From contig CM030334.1 of assembly GCA_017654855.1 (NCBI GenBank), forward strand, positions 3,534,001-3,598,000: a stretch of DNA of 64,000 nucleotides. Direction: 5' to 3'. The stretch is from Podospora anserina (lineage: Eukaryota). The position numbers and the translations under genes are program-made. The notes under the pieces were generated by a model. That model was not told the origin of the DNA. It saw nothing but the letters and a program-made list of their open reading frames with translations, and made no database searches. Below are positions 31,697 to 44,800 of the stretch, one piece after another (within the stretch, counting starts at the first letter, position 1; every line of letters begins with the position of its first letter).

Positions 31697-34276
31697 TCAC
31701 CTCCCCTCCTTCCTCATCTTCTTCCCCCTCGAAAACGTAGCCTCCTGCTGCAACTGCGCCAAAGCCCTCTCATAAGCCTGCACCCTCTCCTCACTGAAAT
31801 CCTCCACCTTGGCACCCTCCTCCTTCTCCCCAACCCCCTTCTCCTCCTTTTTGTCCAGACGGACCCTCTCAACCGGCGTGGTGCGCAAGATATTCGTGGA
31901 AGCCCCCTCTCCTTCACCAGCAAAATCCCTCCAGAACCGTCTAGCCTCGGAATGCTCCAACAATGTCCAAGCCGCACCTGCCCTGCCAGCACGGGCCGTC
32001 CTACCCACGCGGTGGACGTAGGCTGTTTCGCTGATGGGGAGGTCGTAGTTGATGACGTGCTCCAGGTTTGGTAGATCGAGACCACGCGAGGCGATGTCGG
32101 AGGCGACAAGAATGCGGAGCTTGGCCTGCGTGAAGGCTCGTAAGGTGTGCGTGCGACGGATGGTTTTGGTGGTTGAGGTGAGGGTGCCAATGAGATGCGC
32201 CAATCCAGGTACCAAAATGGCCAAGAGGCGAGAAAGCCGGAGAGCGGCTTCGTTGGATTTGGTGAAGATGAGGGCAGAGCTGGCGAATTTGCCCTTGGTA
32301 GCCGGTACCTTGGCTTTTGGTTTTGGCTCATCAGCTTCAGACTCCGAGGATGAATCAGAGTCGGAAGAGCTGGAACCAGAGTCAGAACCAGAGTCAGAGC
32401 CAGAGTTGGAATCAGAATCAGAATCAGACTCAGAATCAGAGTCTGAGTCTGAGCCTGAAGAGGAATCTGATTCCGAAGAAGAATCCGAGTCACTGCTCTC
32501 AGATGCAGATGCTGTCTCTTCCTCCGCAACTTTCTCAACCAGGGGCACAGCGGCCAAAAGCTCGCTCTGAAGCAAGTCGACCAAGTACAGCGGCTTAAGA
32601 CTTGGCTCGCGGACCTTGATGGCATACTCCTTGAGCAGAGGCGGCAACGACTGATCGCCAGCCTTGGTGCCTTCCAGCACAACCAGTTTTGGCCTTGAAA
32701 GCTTCAGCAAATTCAACATGCTGATATCGTGCGTCATGGTGGCACTCAGTATGACCTTTCGCACACCCTTCTTGTTGGACTTTGGGAACACCCGCCGTGA
32801 TGGTCTTCGTTCCACGCTCAGCTTGTCCAATACCAAATTCAGCCACTGCTGAAAGTCCTGCGCCAGCAGCTTGTCGGCTTCATCGACCACTAACCAACGA
32901 ACGTAGTCCAGTGTAAATCCCGGTGTCTGCTTGATATGCTCCACCAGACGACCAGGCGTGCAGATAAGCACATCAACCTTGGAGGCATAGTCCTCAGGGT
33001 TGATATTTTCGCTAGCAGTCCAACTTGACAACGCCTCCATCGAGTGGGAATCTTCCGCCGTGCCATATCTCGCCTTCTTTTCCACAATCGCCGATTGCTC
33101 CTCCTTGAACACCTTGTTACCCACAGCTGTCCCAATCTTGACTCGTTTCCCGCCATTTGAAGCAAAAGCAGCAGCGCATGCCTCACACGTTTGCTGTACC
33201 TGCTGAACAAGATCTCTAGTCGGCAGCACAATCAACGCTCTGAGATTCGTGATCCGGCCATAGCTAATGTCCTGAATCATCGGCAAAACATATGACAACG
33301 TCTTTCCAGAACCAGTAGGAGCAGCCACCACCACATCTCCTTGTCTGTCGGGATTTGGCAACAGTAACGGCAACACGGCAGTCTGCACCGCGAAAGCCTC
33401 CTTGAACCCCTTGGACTGAAGAACCTTGGCTGGCTCGGCAGCAATCTTCAACTCCTCAAACGATTTCGTCGTACTTTCTGTAACTCGAATTGGCGAGGCA
33501 ATCCATTGCGGCAATGTTTCGTACGTCAATTTCGACTCGTCAAAAGCGACTGGTGCTGGCTGAGGGATCGGCTCGAGGCCGTGCTCCACGACTGGCTCCT
33601 CCTCTTGCTCTTGCTCGGCACCATCGACATCCATCTTGTCCTCGTCATCTTCAGGAGCCTGCGCCTGGAGAGCTTTTGCGACCTTCTCAAACACGGATTT
33701 ATGCCTGCTCCGAACCGCATCATCGTCTTCTTCTGGTTCCTCGGCTTTTGGCTTCTTCTTCTTTTCTCGTTTTGGTTTCCGCTTGTCTTGTTGTTCTTCG
33801 TTGGCGATATTCTCGGTTGACTCCGCTTCCTCGGCGACACCTGGAGTGTCCTCCTCTTTGTCTTCTTGCTCTTCCTCCTCTACCCTCCTCCGCTTCTTGG
33901 GCTTTTCCTCTACCCCCCCCTCGTCGCCCTTGGACTTTTTGTTCTTTTTGCTCTTTGACTTCTTGGGTGTCTTTTCCTCCTCTTCGGTAGCTACTTTGGG
34001 TATGTCGTCTACTGGGCCCGAGCTTGGCGCGCTGGGAGCTGGGGGCTCGTCATCGCCGAATACAATCTTGGTTGGCTGTGCTGTAGCGTCGATGCGCTTG
34101 GCGTATGGTTGAAGCCATGACGACGTCTGTACTGGCACAGGGGCAGGCTCTGCATATTCCGACCATTGCGGCAGTGGCTCTGGCTCTGGATCTCGGTAGA
34201 CGGGCGGTGGTCGCACAGGTATGTCAGATGGGCGCGACGCCTTTGCTTTTGGTGGGGGAATGTATCTGTTGTACAT
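31697..34276 (-). CDS. DBP6: ATP-dependent DEAD-box RNA helicase Dbp6/DDX51
   Basis: FAVQTAVLP, APTGSGKTL, LPTRDL, DEADKLL, LSAT, SRGLD, YVHRVGRTARAG; charged N-terminus. Start placed at MYNRYIPP. Confidence 0.92.
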   Translation of the reverse strand: MYNRYIPPPKAKASRPSDIPVRPPPVYRDPEPEPLPQWSEYAEPAPVPVQTSSWLQPYAKRIDATAQPTKIVFGDDEPPAPSAPSSGPVDDIPKVATEEEEKTPKKSKSKKNKKSKGDEGGVEEKPKKRRRVEEEEQEDKEEDTPGVAEEAESTENIANEEQQDKRKPKREKKKKPKAEEPEEDDDAVRSRHKSVFEKVAKALQAQAPEDDEDKMDVDGAEQEQEEEPVVEHGLEPIPQPAPVAFDESKLTYETLPQWIASPIRVTESTTKSFEELKIAAEPAKVLQSKGFKEAFAVQTAVLPLLLPNPDRQGDVVVAAPTGSGKTLSYVLPMIQDISYGRITNLRALIVLPTRDLVQQVQQTCEACAAAFASNGGKRVKIGTAVGNKVFKEEQSAIVEKKARYGTAEDSHSMEALSSWTASENINPEDYASKVDVLICTPGRLVEHIKQTPGFTLDYVRWLVVDEADKLLAQDFQQWLNLVLDKLSVERRPSRRVFPKSNKKGVRKVILSATMTHDISMLNLLKLSRPKLVVLEGTKAGDQSLPPLLKEYAIKVREPSLKPLYLVDLLQSELLAAVPLVEKVAEEETASASESSDSDSSSESDSSSGSDSDSDSESDSDSDSNSGSDSGSDSGSSSSDSDSSSESEADEPKPKAKVPATKGKFASSALIFTKSNEAALRLSRLLAILVPGLAHLIGTLTSTTKTIRRTHTLRAFTQAKLRILVASDIASRGLDLPNLEHVINYDLPISETAYVHRVGRTARAGRAGAAWTLLEHSEARRFWRDFAGEGEGASTNILRTTPVERVRLDKKEEKGVGEKEEGAKVEDFSEERVQAYERALAQLQQEATFSRGKKMRKEGR

Positions 34277-34723
34277 GCTGGAGTATTCAAAATCCCAAAT
34301 GTCATTAAAATGGTTCGCGATGTCAGAAAAGAGCTGGAGAATCAGACTCTTGTTTGGCTGCAAATCGGAGACGGGCGCAAAGAAAGTCGACATCCAGGCT
34401 CTCAGTCGAGCTCTGCGCAATTGGCAGTGGGGTCCCAACTTTTTTCTGGGGCTCGTCCAATTGCCAGCATTGACCGCTCTCGCTATCCCTGCTTATCGCT
34501 TATCGAGCCGTTCGAGGGTGGATCTACCCGTTCTTGGCAGCCCTCCCAAACACCGTCGCAGGCCAACGCGTGCGCCATCCAATCACTGGTGTCCCCTGAA
34601 GGGGCATTGGATGAAGCCATCTCACCCTCACTCACGACACTCACTCTTGTCTTCATGACAGCTCCATAACACTATCCTCAACTCACAAAAAATGAGAGGG
34701 ATCTCACACTCCCCCCATCGAAA

Positions 34724-36217
34724 ATGGCGCCCACATACAACATCGCCATGGTCAGCGACTTCTTCTACCCGCAACCAGGCGGCGTAGAGAGCCACATCTA
34801 CCAGCTCTCAACCAAGCTCATGGACAGGGGCCACAAAGTCATCATCATCACCCACGCCTACGAAGGCCGCACCGGAGTCCGCTACCTCACCAACGGCCTC
34901 AAGGTCTACCACGTTCCCTTCCTCGTCATCTTCCGCTCTGCCACCTTCCCGACCGTCTTCTCCTTCTTCCCCATCTTCCGCAACATCGTGCTCCGCGAGC
35001 GCATCGACATTGTCCACGGTCACGCCAGTCTAAGCAACTTTTGCCATGAAGCCATCCTCCACGCTAGAACCATGGGTCTTCGGACTGTGTTTACCGATCA
35101 TTCACTGTTTGGCTTTGCGGACGCAGCCAGTATCCTCACCAACAAGTTGCTAAAATTCACCCTGAGTGATGTAGATCATGTCATTTGCGTGAGCCACACC
35201 TGGTAAACCCCCCTTTTCACCCCTTTTCCCACCCTCACGACTTACCCCCCAAACAGCAAAGAAAACACCGTCCTTCGCGCCTCCCTCGACCCCCTAATGG
35301 TCTCGGTCATCCCCAACGCCGTTGTAGCCGAAAACTTCAAACCCCTCTCCCCCTCTGAAAACCCCTCCTACCCACCCCCGGCCCGCCCTTTAGGTCCCCA
35401 CGACATCATCACCATCGTGGTCATCTCCCGCCTCTTTTACAACAAGGGCACCGACCTCCTCACCGCCGCCATCCCCCGCATCCTCGAAAACCATCCCAAC
35501 ACCCGCTTCATCATCGCCGGCTCCGGGCCCAAATCTATTGATCTAGAGCAAATGATTGAGCAGAATGTCCTCCAGGACAGGGTGGAGATGCTCGGTCCGA
35601 TTCGTCATGAAGAGGTGAGGGACGTGATGGTACGAGGACACATCTATCTCCATCCGTCACTTACGGAGGCGTTTGGGACGGTGATTGTGGAAGCGGCAAG
35701 TTGCGGGTTGTATGTAGTCTGCACGCAGGTCGGTGGGATCCCGGAGGTCTTGCCCAGTCATATGACGGTGTTTGCCAAGCCGGAGGAGGACGACCTGGTG
35801 GCTGCCACGGGGAGGGCGATCGCCTCGATGAGGGCGAACAAAGTCCGCACAGAGTTGTTTCATGCGCAGGTGAGGGAGATGTACAGCTGGGAGAATGTCG
35901 CGGTGAGGACGGAGAGGGTGTATAACGGTATCTGCGGCGCGATTTCGGAGGGGGAGTTTTATGGGTATTATGAGGGGGATAATGCGAATAATAGCTGGAG
36001 CGCGACGAGGGGGCGGTCAGGGGTGCAGAGTTTTGCGTTGATTGATCGGCTGAAGCGGTATTACGGGTGCGGGATCTGGGCGGGGAAGCTGTTTTGCTTG
36101 TGTGTGATTGTGGATTATTTGCTGTTTTTGTTTTTGGAGCTGTGGTTTCCGAGGGAGGTGATTGATGTTTGTCCGGATTGGCCGAGGAAGAAGAGGAATG
36201 ATTTGAGTAGGGAGTAG
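34724..36217 (+). CDS. GPI3: Phosphatidylinositol N-acetylglucosaminyltransferase catalytic subunit (PIG-A/Spt14), 2 exons
   Basis: [44 protein letters not shown]. Intron 35203-35256. Confidence 0.96.
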
Positions 36218-36494
36218 GGGAGTTTTTTGTTTTGTTTTTTTCTGGTCAAGCAGGTGTTTTGGTGGGATGGGTTTGTAATTTTATGTGGAATTTGGTATAG
36301 AATAGTAACACCCCAGTAGGAGTAGGATTCTCGTCATGTTTGCCGACTAGGTATGCAAGGCAAGTATGAATCCCCCTTCTTTGCACCAACACTATCGTGT
36401 ATGCTAACATTTTCTCCAGATGGTCAAGAAGGAAGGGAGAGAAAAAAAAACACCATGGGCATCATCTTCACTCTTCCCACCTCAACCACTCCCC

Positions 36495-37553
36495 CTATTG
36501 CTGCCTAAACCCATGCCCGCCCCCCATCCCGTACGGCCTCAACATACTCAGGCTCTGCATAATCACGCTCAGCTCCGCCCTCTCCTCCTCGTCCCAGTAC
36601 ATCTGCCCCTTTGCGATGCTGTTCTGCCAGTCCCCGACCATGTTCTGGATATCCCTCAGCAAATCGTCCGCCTGTGCCATGTTCTCAATCGTCTTTGGGT
36701 GCGTCGACCAGTGGGACTCCTGCGCGGACCAGATCTTCATCCGGAGCTTGAACAAGGCGCGGAGGAGCTTGATGCACCGCTGGACCTCGACGGGAGAAGC
36801 TTTGGCCTGCTTGGAGAAGTCGCTCGGTTTGGGGAGCGGGTTGTTGACGGGTTGGGGCTGGGATTGGGGTTTCCTGAGGGTAAATGGGCGGGGCGGTGGT
36901 GGTTTGGAGTCTTGTTGTTGTTGCGGAGGCTGTGGGGGGAAGTTGTTGTAGCCGCGGTTGGAGGCGCCGAGGCTGTCGCTGCTGTATCTGGTGTCGGGGG
37001 TGCTCACGCCTCCGCCGTAGGAGCTGGGGTTGCTGCTGCCGCTGGTGTAGATGTTGGTCAGGCTGTTGTGTTGACTGTTTGGTGTCGGGGGGGTTCCGGG
37101 GGGGATCGGGTGGTTCTGGTATTGGTTTGGCCCGAGATGCTGATTGAAGCTTTGCGTTGGGGGAGCATACGAAGATGGGGCAGGCTGGTACTGAACGGGG
37201 ACCGGAGGAGCAGAGTATTGCACCGGTGTCGGTGCCGGGCGGCCGTATCCCAGGTCGTATTGCGATGCTGCTGGAGGAGCGGGATTTTGAGGGGGAGGGC
37301 GATATGGCAGGAACCCGCCGTTGTTGTCTTCCTCGATGGGACCGAGGTTATTGCGCCCGGGAAGAGCCCCTGAGTATCGAGATGAGACAGACATGGAAGA
37401 ATACCTCTGCGAATTCATGCCTGCGTTTCTCGGAGCCGATTTGTTGTAGTCCGCCCCATAAGGGTTATCATTGTTCGGGGCCGCTTGGGAGGATGCTTTG
37501 AGAGAGCTCATGCTCTTTCGGCGATCAAGCCATCCTTTGACACGGCTGGCCAT
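36495..37553 (-). CDS. Hypothetical protein: N/Q/P/Y/S-rich low-complexity region plus C-terminal helical domain
   Basis: 352-aa ORF with a good start context. C-terminal amphipathic block KLLRALFKLRMKIWS...QADDLLRDIQNMVGDW...WDEEE. Confidence 0.8.
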   Translation of the reverse strand: MASRVKGWLDRRKSMSSLKASSQAAPNNDNPYGADYNKSAPRNAGMNSQRYSSMSVSSRYSGALPGRNNLGPIEEDNNGGFLPYRPPPQNPAPPAASQYDLGYGRPAPTPVQYSAPPVPVQYQPAPSSYAPPTQSFNQHLGPNQYQNHPIPPGTPPTPNSQHNSLTNIYTSGSSNPSSYGGGVSTPDTRYSSDSLGASNRGYNNFPPQPPQQQQDSKPPPPRPFTLRKPQSQPQPVNNPLPKPSDFSKQAKASPVEVQRCIKLLRALFKLRMKIWSAQESHWSTHPKTIENMAQADDLLRDIQNMVGDWQNSIAKGQMYWDEEERAELSVIMQSLSMLRPYGMGGGHGFRQQ

Positions 37554-38317
37554 GGTTGATAATCTTTACAGATGGTACAGAAAAGAATAGTAAAATACAG
37601 CAAAGGCAATGACTGAGGTCTGTCCAAAGGGGCAGCAAGGAGGAGGTTATGCAAGATTGTATTTCTGACTCTGAGTTCAAGTTCCAGCCAGAGGAGCCAA
37701 AGAGTAAAGAGGATACTGGGGGCAAGTGCAAGGTGAGGGTAAGACGAGGACTTGATGGCCGCCGAGGCACACCAGGGGACTTTTGGTGGCCAAGCAGCCC
37801 ATCCGGTCCCCCTTGACAGGTATTTGTGTATCTCGACAGCCCGCACTGTGTACAAGTTGAGCGTGTAGGCCGTGTGCAAGAACAGCCGCTCTAGAACCCC
37901 TGCACGTAGAGCTGAGGCTTGCATTAGGTCGCCTGCAGCTAGGGTAGCTTTGGGCGCGCCAAACGACAGTCGGATTGGGCATTGGCACAAGGCTCTCAAG
38001 GGAGCCTTTGTATTGGCAGACTCGTAGTTCTAGCCCCCAAGGTAGACTCAAGATGGCTTAGAAATGGGGATGGTTCGCAGTTCGAGATCTCCACGGAAAG
38101 GGATCGATATCGGTGTCGTCTTTTGCCGGAGCTGGCTGACATTCACTGCCTAATCCAGCTGCCCCCTTCTCACTTTCGGGTATGGCTCTCTTCCGCTGGA
38201 TACCTATTCTCACGACCCCCGACTCAAAGCTGTTGCAACAAGTAAGAGCACTATGGATGGGTTTTCTCTTGGGTCTGCGAAACAGAACTCAACATTTCCA
38301 GTGATCCGGGGCTACCC

Positions 38318-41180
38318 CTATTCCAAGGCTATCTTCCTCGACGCCAATGTAGTCTCCCCACTCTTGATGCTTACAGTCACCTCGTCAAACACCTGAATCT
38401 CAACCACGACATGGAACTGCAACTGCCTCCCTTGTTGTTTGTTTCCCGTCTCCACGGGAACAATATGTGCCTGCGGAACATCGGTCAAATTGACCTTCAA
38501 TGTATACATCTGTTCAGACTCTAGGTTGGATATTAGCAAAGGGTTAATCATCATCAACATTTGCCATGACCTGTGCGTACCCTCTTTGACCATGCTCATC
38601 GCTGTCGGTGCCTTGTCTCTTGACGAGGACAAAAATACAACATCCCGAAAGACGGCCGCCGGCTGTTGTGGTACTCCGCGCCCACCTCGTTTGTTCTGCA
38701 ACTGTGTGCCAGGGAATTCGCTTGCGTTCATCGAGAAGTGTAATTCGTATCTTGCCACTGTGGGTTTGTTGGGGAGAATCGCGTCGCCTTTTTGGATAAA
38801 CCAACGGATTTGGTCCGTTGCCCATTGGATGCCTTGGGCATCGACATCGATGTCGCTGCGGGCGTGGTTCTCGTACGAAGCGAATGGCCTGCGCACCTTG
38901 ATGCCGTAATATCGTGGGCAGCTTATAACATGCTTGGGCTTCTCAGTGTAGACACCCAGAGACTTGATGATGGCACCTCTGGCGACGGCAGCCCACGAGC
39001 CGTTTCCTTCTTCAAGCTCAATCTTTTGCTTGGTGCAAAACTCCTTGACCCTTTGGATCAGGTATTTGTTCTGCGCAAACCCGCCAGAAAGGAAGACGGT
39101 CTGTGGAGGTTTAGCGTGTGCTCACAGCCATCAGGCGTGGGAGGGCGGATTGCTTACCTTGACCGTAAGCTCTTCTCCCAGCTTGATTTGAGTTACAGCT
39201 TGCTGAATAAGATAGACAGTCTTGTTGACCGATCGGTCAAACATCTTTTTCAGGTCGGCCCTGGTAGATGGCATGTAAGAATACGCCATCAGCACATTGG
39301 TCACAATGACTTACGGTGTTATACTCAGCGCTCCGTTCGAGACACCTTTCATTTCCTCAGAGATGCGGAAGCTCTTGGGCAAATAGATAGGAGCTGTTAA
39401 TCCGCTTTCCTTTCCGTCGTAACTGTGCTTGATGACCTGGAACTTCTCTTGTATGCCACGAAGTGTAGGCCTCATGATAGTATGCCCTCCAGCAGCATGC
39501 TTGACACCTTCCGTGGTGAGCTGCTGCCAGGCCTTGTCGCCTAACTGGTACGCTGCGAAAGCCTCGAAGTCATCGTCGACGCAAGTCGACCCACAAGTAG
39601 CGCCTGGGAAAAGTTAGCGAACCCAGTCAGGCAACAATAATCAGCAAGCTTACCCAAAGGATTTCCGACTTGGTCCAGCTTCATCTCCTTCTTCTCGTAG
39701 TCAATGTCCACAACTTTGTAACAAGCAAGATCCTATCACAGCATGTCTGATTAGACTTGGTCTTTGTCATGAATGCTAGGGAAAGACTCACAACGGTCCC
39801 ACCGCCAGCATCGACCACAATGAAACAATCATTCTGTTTTGCCTTATCAGTCAAGTTCAACACTGGCCAAGGTAGCCATAAACTGCGGGCTCGTACCTTT
39901 CTGAACCGCACCCGGTTGTTCTTCCATGCCTCACGAAGCGTAAAGTGAGCACAGGCAACCGGCTCAGAGACAAATGAAATGTTCTCCAGCTTGGGGAAGA
40001 GGTCATGATTAAAGGCTGCCCGAACGGCACGGTACGTAGAGTTGAGGGCTCGGTCTGACCAAATCTACTTGATGAGTTAGCCACATACAGTACAAGGCAT
40101 GGGAAAATAAGCACTTACTGCTGGATGAGTGACAGCCAAGTCTATGGCAACATTTGACAGCACATGTCTGCCAAGCTCAGTGGTGATGATCTTTTCTGTC
40201 TTCTCTGCAACCTCGTTTAAGTAGTCCTTGACAATCTCCTCGGGTTCTTTGGCAAGATGCTCGGGAATGCCGTTCTCGATCACTTCCTCCTCGCTGAGGT
40301 CCAGATCGCGAAGTTCCTTGAGCAACTCGCTCAGGGTCCGCAGCTCGTCGAGGCGAGTGCCCATTGCCTCGAGCTGAATCTTTGTCTTCTTCAACACCAG
40401 GGAGTTATCGTCAATGTCGTAGCCATACTGTGCACAGCCTTTAGGCGTGACGGAGTAGGAGAGTTGGGATGGGACTTTTTCCTGCTCTTCCTTTGGTGGC
40501 CAAGCTGTGATTACTTTGATGTCTTCTGTGAATTCCTCCAACCCGCGATGTTTCAAGTTGTTGGCAGATACGGGCAAATAAGCAACACCTGGTTTTGCCC
40601 GCAACATCAGCGTGACATCTACCTAATGGGCAATCAATGAGCTGAACATACCGGTGTAGGTGGTGCCATAGTCAAGAGCAATCTGCAGACGTGTTTCTCC
40701 TGTTGGTACAGCGGCCGGCTGTGCTGGTGGAGGAGGTTTTGGCATGACATCGGGCGTTCGTTGGCCTTCAAATTGCAGTTGGACTGATCGCTGTCCCTGG
40801 CCACCCTGGGTTTTCACATTGACCTGACCTCCAAATGATGGGGCTGTCAGAGGCGGCATAGGGCTACTGAAGCTTGCCGGGCCCGGGGGTTGCCATTGGG
40901 ATGGCGGAGCTGAAGCTGGGGGACGGGGATTTTTTTGAGAGCCATATGCTGATGCCGAGAGCTTGTATGAAGACGGGGATGTCGTCGACGCCGGGGCATC
41001 GTTCGTGCTCTGGGCAGCGGGAGAGGACGTTCGTTGCGGAGCTGTGTGCTTGTTTGAGAACAGTCCAGGAGGTAACCCCGTGAACGTGAATTGCCCAAAT
41101 GCTTCAGATGTTGAGCCTGATTGTAAGGGGGGAGGTGGCGGCGGTTTAGCGGTAGGAGGGGGTGGTGTCGAGGAAGCCAT
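38318..41180 (-). CDS. Atypical Hsp70 (HSPA12-like actin-fold ATPase) with Pro/Ser-rich N-terminal extension, about 9 exons
   Basis: Spliced motifs IALDYGTTYTGV, VTHPAIWSD, VSEPVACA, VVDAGGGTVD, CGSTCVD, FLSGGFAQNKYL, WAAVARGA, YYGI, WFIQKGD. No EEVD tail. Canonical GT-AG introns. Confidence 0.9.
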
Positions 41181-41844
41181 GATGCCAATAATGCCAATGG
41201 GTTGAAGCGAGGTGATTCAGAGCATCAGAAAGAAAGACTTGAAGCAAGATGCATGTATCTGTAAAGTAAAGAGGTGAGAAGATATGGAAGTTCCTGTCCA
41301 GTCACACAGAACAAAGAGATGATGCCCCTCCAAGGGGGTTTGCCTTGGGCCTTGCGCCCCCGGCCTGAACAATTGGATGATCCATGTCGGTTACGGATAC
41401 ACTCGAAGCGCTCGCATGGTGAGGCTGGATTGATGGGACTGGTGAGAGGAAGTGTGAGTTGGTTGCGCCGCGCATCACCCCGCTGCATGTGGCGCCTACT
41501 AGCGCAATATGCTGCGCCTTCCTTGAGCTTGGGCTGGGAGCTATGAGGGGGGAGGGGCAGTAATCAGTTACCACTCCGTTTTGTGCACTGTGTGCAATGA
41601 CAACAACTGCATGGACACAAGCCTGAGGTGTTGATGGAAAGGCACCATTTTTCAGCTCCGGCGGGGGGTCGGCAGCACAGAGACGAGATAACCCGATGGG
41701 TGATCAGGCTACGGAGGAGGCGATGCACCTTCTTGGTGCTCATCTCTGTCTTGCTACTTCGTGCGATGCCATCACCACCCTTCGCGGTTCAGTTCCTTTC
41801 TTTTGAACTTGACTCTCTAGGTATTTCACCTCCTCGTCGTCAGC

Positions 41845-44800
41845 ATGGCGAACATACCCAACAACTTCGCGACGCCGGCATATCCGGATTTACGGCCTGA
41901 TGTTCCTCCTCGCGGATCGTCTACTGCTCGAAACATCTTTGACAAAACCAAGAAAAAGGTCTCCAACTTTGGAAGGAAAGACAGGCCAACAGAGAAGCCC
42001 AAGCAAAAGAACGATCCAGATGTCCTCAACAAACTATCACGAGAGCGCCAGGACCAGTTGCCTGTTGAATTGCTGAACGAAATTGACGTCGACAGGCTTG
42101 CTCATCTCCACTCACACATTCTCAAGAGAGTTTCGGAAAACAGGATATGTGAAATTCCTGAAGATCGGGTTCGGTATATAGCCAACCACCATCCGCACAG
42201 ACTGGCTGTCGTGTTGACAAAAGCACCTGGGCTTATGGGCTATCTCAACAACAAGGAGGTCGGAATATTATCAGAGCTCGATGCAGCGACATTTCTGAAA
42301 CTGCCCGATGTGGTCAAGGAACGGCTCTCCCAAGCATGTCCAGAGTACTACCAACGGATGATGTCCCAGCCCCAGCATGCTCTTCCACACCAGCCAGCAC
42401 CAAACACACATTCTGGTGATCCTCAAGTTCGCGCTCAGCAACCTGTGCGGTCCGCGTCGGTTCAGCCATCACCTTCTGACGCCCCGGTTCTTCCTCCTGT
42501 AAATTTTACCACAGGTCCTCGAATGGATGCGACTCCGGACGCCTATTCACCGGTGAATGCCACTCTTCAAGCGCCGTTCAGCGGTTCCCACCCCGAACAT
42601 GTAACACAATTCCCGCCACCATCAACCACGATCAGTCCCCGCACCTATTCACTTCCACACAACACCTACCACTCACAATTTTCACGATATCCCTTGTCTT
42701 CTTCCAGCCCTCCCCCTTCCTCTAGCTCCCCTATTAACGGACTGCCTGTCAGTCAGACGTCTTTCGGTACGCCCGCTGCAACTCTCGTCACTCCTTCAAT
42801 GTCCTTGGGGCTCTCAAGGTCCTCCAGTCCAACGGGATACTTCAAGCCAAACCCTCAGTCTTATTCAGGTCTCCAAGGTCCCTTGAACCAAAATGGCAAC
42901 AGATCAACACTACAAGATTCTGCAGGACCACCCCCAGCCGTCCCACCTAAAAGCATCACCCATCACAGCTTTGAGATGGCCCTTCCAAGCACCCAGGCTC
43001 AAGGAGAACTGAGCTTGCCTATCCAAAACCCAGACCCTCAGAGCTTCCGGGCACGCCAACAATCCCAAATTCAAGGAGAGCCTGCTGATCAACTTACCAA
43101 GGATGAGAGAATCCGCGACCTGGAGGCTCAGGCCGAGGCCTGGAAGATTGAGAAAACCACCTTGACCCAGAAGGTAGCAAGCTTGACGGAGAGTTTGGAA
43201 AGCGAAAGAGAACGTTTGGAGAGCGAAAGGAAGAGCACAGGTACTCTCCACCAGAGCATCGGTTCCCTGAAAAACGAGAAGGAGCGACTGGAAAATGAGA
43301 AGAAACTGGTCGAGGACGAGAAACAGCGAGTGGAACACGAGAGGGACGCGCTTGAGAGGGAACAGATCAAGTTGGAAGGAGGGATCAAGAAATACTTGGC
43401 TGCTAAGAAGTGGAAAGGCCTGGAGCAACAAAAGACCGCTTTTGACATGATCATTGACTACTGTAACGAACAGCTCGCCTCAGTCGCAGATTGGGAAGAC
43501 TACAACAAAGAGCAAACGGCACGGGTGGAGAAAATCAAGTTGGAGAATGAACGCTTGGTGCAGAGTTTGAAGGACCAAGACGAACTCATTGCAGAACGCA
43601 ACAAATGGTGGGGCGAATTTGAGGCCTTGGACAACCGTCTCAAGCAACTAAACCCGGAGCACGAACGAAGACTTCAGGAAGAGAAAAACAGACACCAGCA
43701 CCAGCTCCAGGAGGAGAGGAAGCGGCATCAGCACAGGTTTAATGCGGAGATCGGCAAGCTCAATACGGAGATAGAGGCCTTGAAAAGGAAACTCGACAGT
43801 CATAAGGCCGATCAACTTGCTGCGACGGAGAAGGTCCGAACAACGCTTCAAGCCGAGATCGACACACTGCGACAGGAGAAGAACATAATGCAGACACAGT
43901 ACCAATCGTACAAGGATGCACACGACCAAAAACTCAAGAGGCTGACGGAGGAGCATGAGGTGGCTTTGAGCCAGCAAAAGATCGATCACGAACAGAAGAT
44001 GCAAGCATTCCACGCTCAATGTCAAGACCTCATCAACCAAGTCGGTATACAGTGGGAACTCAACAAACAACAAGCTGTCAAGGATCTCGAGAACAAGGTC
44101 CGCTTGCTGGAGAGCAGCCTGGTCGACAACTCGGACGACTATCGGCCGGCAACCGATGATCACCTTCAAGTCGACTTTGACCAGCTCAATCTCGACATCA
44201 GCAAAATAACGCATAACTTGCCTGCGGTTGACTTTTTCCAGGTCAACCAGCTAGACCCTGGCGGGTTTTTGGAGAGGGAAGGGAGGGATCAGCTGAGGTT
44301 CCTGTTGCAGGGCATCTTCTGGGAGCACATGATGTATGGCTTCTTTTCTGCTCCTTTCGGGCTCGGTGCCTTGGGTCCCCAGCAGGGGAAGCAGAGGCTT
44401 CTTGAAGTCTGGATCGCCTACCGCAAATTACTTGGGACGGAGAAGTCTGAGGGTATGTGTCTAGATCACGACTACGCAATTTTTCCAATGTTAACAAACT
44501 CGCTCGTTAATATAGTTCGCTTGCCCATTGGGGAGTATGACATGGCAACGATTGAAGAAGACTACGTCAATTTCCTCCGGAATGACAAGGAGACCAACAA
44601 ATGGAGATCGTCCACCTTCCAGGCCGTCATGGCGGCCTTGCTACCGAAGAAGGACAAAGCTCACTCGTCTTTGTCCGACTACCTGAGCTCGCCATTCTTC
44701 CAGAACCGCAACAATGTCCGCGAAAATATACTAACAGAACTTCGCCGCATATGCGTTGGTGGAATCCCGCAAGCCATCGAACAGACGGTTGAGAAGATGG

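Noticed and set aside
40765-40840. GGQVNVKTQGGQGQRSVQLQF in the Hsp70 N-terminus as an amyloid signalling (RHIM/PP-like) motif
   Set aside because: Lacks the (I/V)Q(I/V/L)G core, and I saw no matching motif in a neighbouring gene.
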